A stretch of DNA of 64,000 nucleotides from Anaerococcus sp. (GTDB lineage Bacteria; Bacillota; Clostridia; Tissierellales; Peptoniphilaceae). Within the stretch, counting starts at the first letter, position 1. Every line of letters starts with the position of its first letter. Under the pieces are notes generated by a model. That model did not search any database and had not been told where the DNA came from. It saw nothing but the letters and a program-made list of their open reading frames with translations. Shown here in pieces: positions 61,995 through 64,000 of this stretch. Both the position numbers and the translations under genes were made by a program. The stretch lies in the NCBI GenBank assembly GCA_022780515.1, contig JALEUV010000024.1:16793-80792 (forward strand), given 5' to 3'.

Positions 61995-62122
61995 AGCGCT
62001 TTTTGATAAGTAATAAAGTCGATTTTCTGAGGAAACAAATTAATCAGATAAAATACTTTGAGCATAGCAAGGGGATTTTATAAATTCACACAGAAAATTT
62101 TTATGAAAATTTATCTAAACCC

Positions 62123-62151
62123 TTGACAATTTTTGAGATAACTTTTATACT
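62123..62151 (+). promoter_or_regulatory. Strong sigma-A promoter of PFOR
   Basis: TTGACA-17 nt-TATACT. Confidence 0.85.
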
Positions 62152-62200
62152 AAGAATAGTGTTAACGATATTTGTTACTAAATATTATAGGAGGTCTTAA

Positions 62201-64000
62201 ATGACAATAAAAAGAGCAATGAAGACCATGGATGGTAACACAGCAGCAGCTCACGTATCATACGCATTTACAGATGTTGCTACAATCTATCCTATCACAC
62301 CTTCATCCCCAATGCCTGAAGCAGTAGACGTTTGGGCTGCAAATGGTAGAAAAAATATTTTTGGTAGACCAGTACAAGTAAAAGAGATGCAATCAGAAGC
62401 CGGTGCGGCAGGTGCTGTTCACGGAGCACTATCAGCTGGTGCCTTAACTACTACATACACTGCTAGCCAAGGATTATTATTAATGATCCCTAACATGTAC
62501 AAAATAGCAGGAGAAAGATTACCAGGTGTATTCCACGTTGCAGCAAGAACACTAGCAACTCACGCATTATCAATATATGGAGACCACTCTGACGTAATGG
62601 CAGCAAGACAAACTGGTTTTGCACTATTAGCATCAGGTTCAGTTCAAGAAGTTATGGACTTATCACCAGTTGCTCACTTATCAGCAATCAAGGGAAGAGT
62701 ACCTTTCTTAAACTTCTTCGACGGATTCAGAACAAGCCACGAAGTACAAAAAATCGAAGTTTGGGACTACAAAGATCTAGCTCCACTTGTAGATTATGAT
62801 GCAGTTAGAGCATTCAAAAATGAATCACTAAACCCTGAAAGACCAAAAACAGTTGGTACTGCAGAAAAGAATATATTCTTCCAAAGAATGGAAGCAAGTA
62901 ACACAGCTTACGAAGATATAGTTGGAATCGCTGAAGACTATATGCATCAAATTAATGAGCTTATCGGTACTCATTATGAACTATTTAACTACTATGGTGC
63001 TGACGATGCTGAAGAAATCATCGTTGCTATGGGTTCTGTTTGCCAAGCAGCAGAAGAAACTGTTGATGCTTTACTAAAAGAAGGCAAAAAAGTCGGAATA
63101 ATCGAAGTTCACCTTTACAGACCATTCTCTAAAGAACACCTACTAAAAGCTATTCCAAAGACAGTTAAGAGAATCGCTGTTCTTGATAGAACAAAAGAAA
63201 AAGGATCAGTTGGTGAACCTCTACTACTAGATGTTAAATCAGCTTACTTTGATAAGGAAGATAGACCACTAATCATCGGTGGTAGATACGGACTTTCTTC
63301 AAAGGATACAGTTCCTGGAGATATAGACGCTGTATTTAAAAACCTTGCAAGTGATCAACCAAAAGATGACTTCACAATCTCAATTAACGATGACCTAACA
63401 CATAAATCACTTGAAAGAACAGACCTAAAGATCAGAGAAGAAGGAACTACAAGATGTAAATTCTGGGGATTCGGATCTGATGGTACTGTAGGTGCTAACA
63501 AACAAGCTATCAAGATCATAGGTGATAATACAGACATGTATGCACAAGGTTACTACGACTATGACTCTAAGAAGTCAGGTGGTCTAACCATCTCTCACTT
63601 AAGATTTGGTAAAAACCCAATCAAATCAACCTACCTACTAGACGAAGCTGACTTTATGTCTTGCTCAAAACCAGCTTATGTAAATCAATATGATTTATTA
63701 AAGGGACTAAAAGACGAAGGTGCTTTCCTACTAAACTGTGCATGGACTGATGAAGAACTAGAAGAAAGACTTCCAGGTCAAATGAAACGTTACATTGCTG
63801 AACATAAGATTCACTTCTACACAATTGATGCATCTCACATTGCTCAAGAAATCGGACTTGGATCAAGAACAAACATGATCATGCAATCAGCCTTCTTCAA
63901 ACTAGCTCAAATCATAGACATAGATGAAGCTGTTAAATACCTAAAAGATTCTATCGTAAAATCTTATGGACATAAGGGTGACGATATAGTAAACATGAAC
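62201..64000 (+). CDS. nifJ: Pyruvate:ferredoxin (flavodoxin) oxidoreductase, 5' part (runs off the window; absent from the ORF track)
   Basis: AGGAGG RBS; MTIKRAMKTMDGNTAAAHVSYAFTDVATIYPITPSS, EMQSEAGAAG, FFDGFRTSHE, FWGFGSDGTVG. Confidence 0.96.
   Translation, partial: MTIKRAMKTMDGNTAAAHVSYAFTDVATIYPITPSSPMPEAVDVWAANGRKNIFGRPVQVKEMQSEAGAAGAVHGALSAGALTTTYTASQGLLLMIPNMYKIAGERLPGVFHVAARTLATHALSIYGDHSDVMAARQTGFALLASGSVQEVMDLSPVAHLSAIKGRVPFLNFFDGFRTSHEVQKIEVWDYKDLAPLVDYDAVRAFKNESLNPERPKTVGTAEKNIFFQRMEASNTAYEDIVGIAEDYMHQINELIGTHYELFNYYGADDAEEIIVAMGSVCQAAEETVDALLKEGKKVGIIEVHLYRPFSKEHLLKAIPKTVKRIAVLDRTKEKGSVGEPLLLDVKSAYFDKEDRPLIIGGRYGLSSKDTVPGDIDAVFKNLASDQPKDDFTISINDDLTHKSLERTDLKIREEGTTRCKFWGFGSDGTVGANKQAIKIIGDNTDMYAQGYYDYDSKKSGGLTISHLRFGKNPIKSTYLLDEADFMSCSKPAYVNQYDLLKGLKDEGAFLLNCAWTDEELEERLPGQMKRYIAEHKIHFYTIDASHIAQEIGLGSRTNMIMQSAFFKLAQIIDIDEAVKYLKDSIVKSYGHKGDDIVNMN

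Overview
Low-GC anaerobic Firmicute chromosome segment; gene content, gene order and codon style suggest Tissierellia/Peptoniphilaceae, Anaerococcus-like (inference). About 95% is core housekeeping genes on the + strand: ccpA-ptsH-ptsI, a two-component system with a lipoprotein, ruvCAB-queA-tgt-yajC, recJ-rel-dtd-aspS, der-plsY-gpsA, sepF-ylmH-lspA-ung, iscS-thiI, rplU-prp-rpmA-obgE-nadD-rsfS-comEA, alaS-ireB-ruvX-fur-rnj-trmR-trhP, uvrC-hprK and the 5' part of PFOR. The single accessory island is a ~3 kb decayed phage head module (54.3-57.3 kb) between the divergent pepT and pepP genes. It carries a frameshifted MuF minor-head protein with an intact C-terminal Ntox50-like toxin domain, an intact putative immunity gene, DUF6275, a scaffold gene fused by deletion to a capsid fragment, and no integrase. 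The scaffold N-terminus has the same non-canonical Prp-protease motif (IDLQRL) as the host L27 leader in this window. Other oddities are two intact but apparently catalytically dead enzymes (APH-like and PepD-like), a CvfB gene that seems to need an ATT start or stop readthrough, and a structured non-terminator hairpin upstream of der. Family assignments come from motif recognition only; no database searches were run.
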